Assembly: GCA_037447605.1 (NCBI GenBank)
Contig: CM074820.1
Location: 1,364,001 to 1,428,000, forward strand
DNA from: Zygnema circumcarinatum SAG 698-1b
Lineage: Eukaryota; Plantae; Zygnematophyceae
Length of the DNA: 64,000 nt
Direction of reading: 5' to 3'
Both the position numbers and the translations under genes were made by a program. Below, in pieces: positions 63,137 through 64,000 of this stretch. The notes below the pieces were generated by a model. It was not told the DNA's origin. It ran no database searches and saw only the letters and a list, made by a program, of their open reading frames with translations. Positions within the stretch are counted from its first letter, which is position 1; the number at the start of each line of letters is the position of its first letter.

Positions 63137-64000
63137 CTGCAGGAAAGGAAGCACGCAGAAGAAGAAAAAGAAGAAGAAGAAGAAGAAGAAGGGCAGTATC
63201 AAGATGAAGGCCATAGAGCAAAAGAAGGGGGAAATTTTCCGTTCAAGGGGTTGAAGTTTTGAAGGCAAGGCAGGCAAAAGGACTGGTAGTCAAGGTTTGG
63301 TAATTCTAAGGATCGTCCGTGATTTACTCCTTTGCAGACGTACAGAAGTTCTGCAACTCCAAAGATGGTCAAGGATGGGGCACAAAGAGGACTTTCCATA
63401 TGAGAAGAAAGAATCGAAATAAGAGGATGGCATGACTGTTGCAAGGAACAACATTGTCTGAAAAAATGGTTCAAGATATGAACAACGACTAGGAAGAAAC
63501 AGGAGTAGGCGTGGTGAGAGTAAGTATGAGGAGCGTCTGAAGCAAGTGTCGATTAAAGCAATCTACGCTAATAAACAAAATGCAAAACAAAAAGTACAGT
63601 CACTCAAGGGGGAAGCACACCGAAACGAGATAAACTAAAAAATATCAATCAGGTAAAAAGAAAGAAGGTGATATTCGGAATAATTCATGGTGGATGAAAA
63701 TAGAGATGGAGAGCTTTGGATGGGATCTACGAAAGAAAAAAAATCTCATCCATGATTTAGCGAACAAGTGGTTAAAATCCAGTAGTTGGACCAGAAAAGA
63801 AATGGAGAATACGATACTAAAAAAGAAATCCACATAGAGTTTAAAGTATAGGAAAATAAGGCGTCCATGATAGGGGTTATTTAAGTGTGCCAAACGATCC
63901 GTTGGAAGGAGCAAACTGGCTGTATTGAAGTGACCTTGCTTAAAGCCCGGCTTAAGGCTGAAGTAAACTTGAGATTACTTTTTCTTTCAAAGAAATGAAG

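Overview
Intron-rich eukaryotic nuclear DNA. The gene set (RF298-type RING, DUF3754, SWEET, ARP, HASTY, plus a Chlamydomonas-type PKD2 channel) suggests a streptophyte green alga; this is inference. Ten multi-exon genes are supported: 3' end of a RING E3 ligase (+), a microbial-type 2OG-Fe(II) dioxygenase (-), a DUF3754 membrane protein (+), a GH38 alpha-mannosidase (-), an RS-like low-complexity nuclear protein (+), a SWEET transporter (+), the AP endonuclease ARP (-), a large polycystin-2-like channel with an LNR repeat (+), a TLC-domain protein (-) and HASTY/exportin-5 (-, 5' end outside the window). Most long ORFs in the supplied track are low-complexity GA/CT intron artefacts. Two short non-autonomous transposons have exact 8-bp target-site duplications; one is a hAT MITE carrying a phased palindromic GTAC array. 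Other notable items are an inverted, frameshifted copy of a dioxygenase exon just downstream of its own gene, nine G-boxes in a convergent 3'-3' interval, (TTAGGG)8 after the SWEET stop and three probable GC-AG introns. A 1.13-kb duplication in the PKD2 gene is probably an assembly artefact. I found no tRNA, rRNA or CRISPR array, and no clearly new multi-gene system. Exon boundaries were read by eye.
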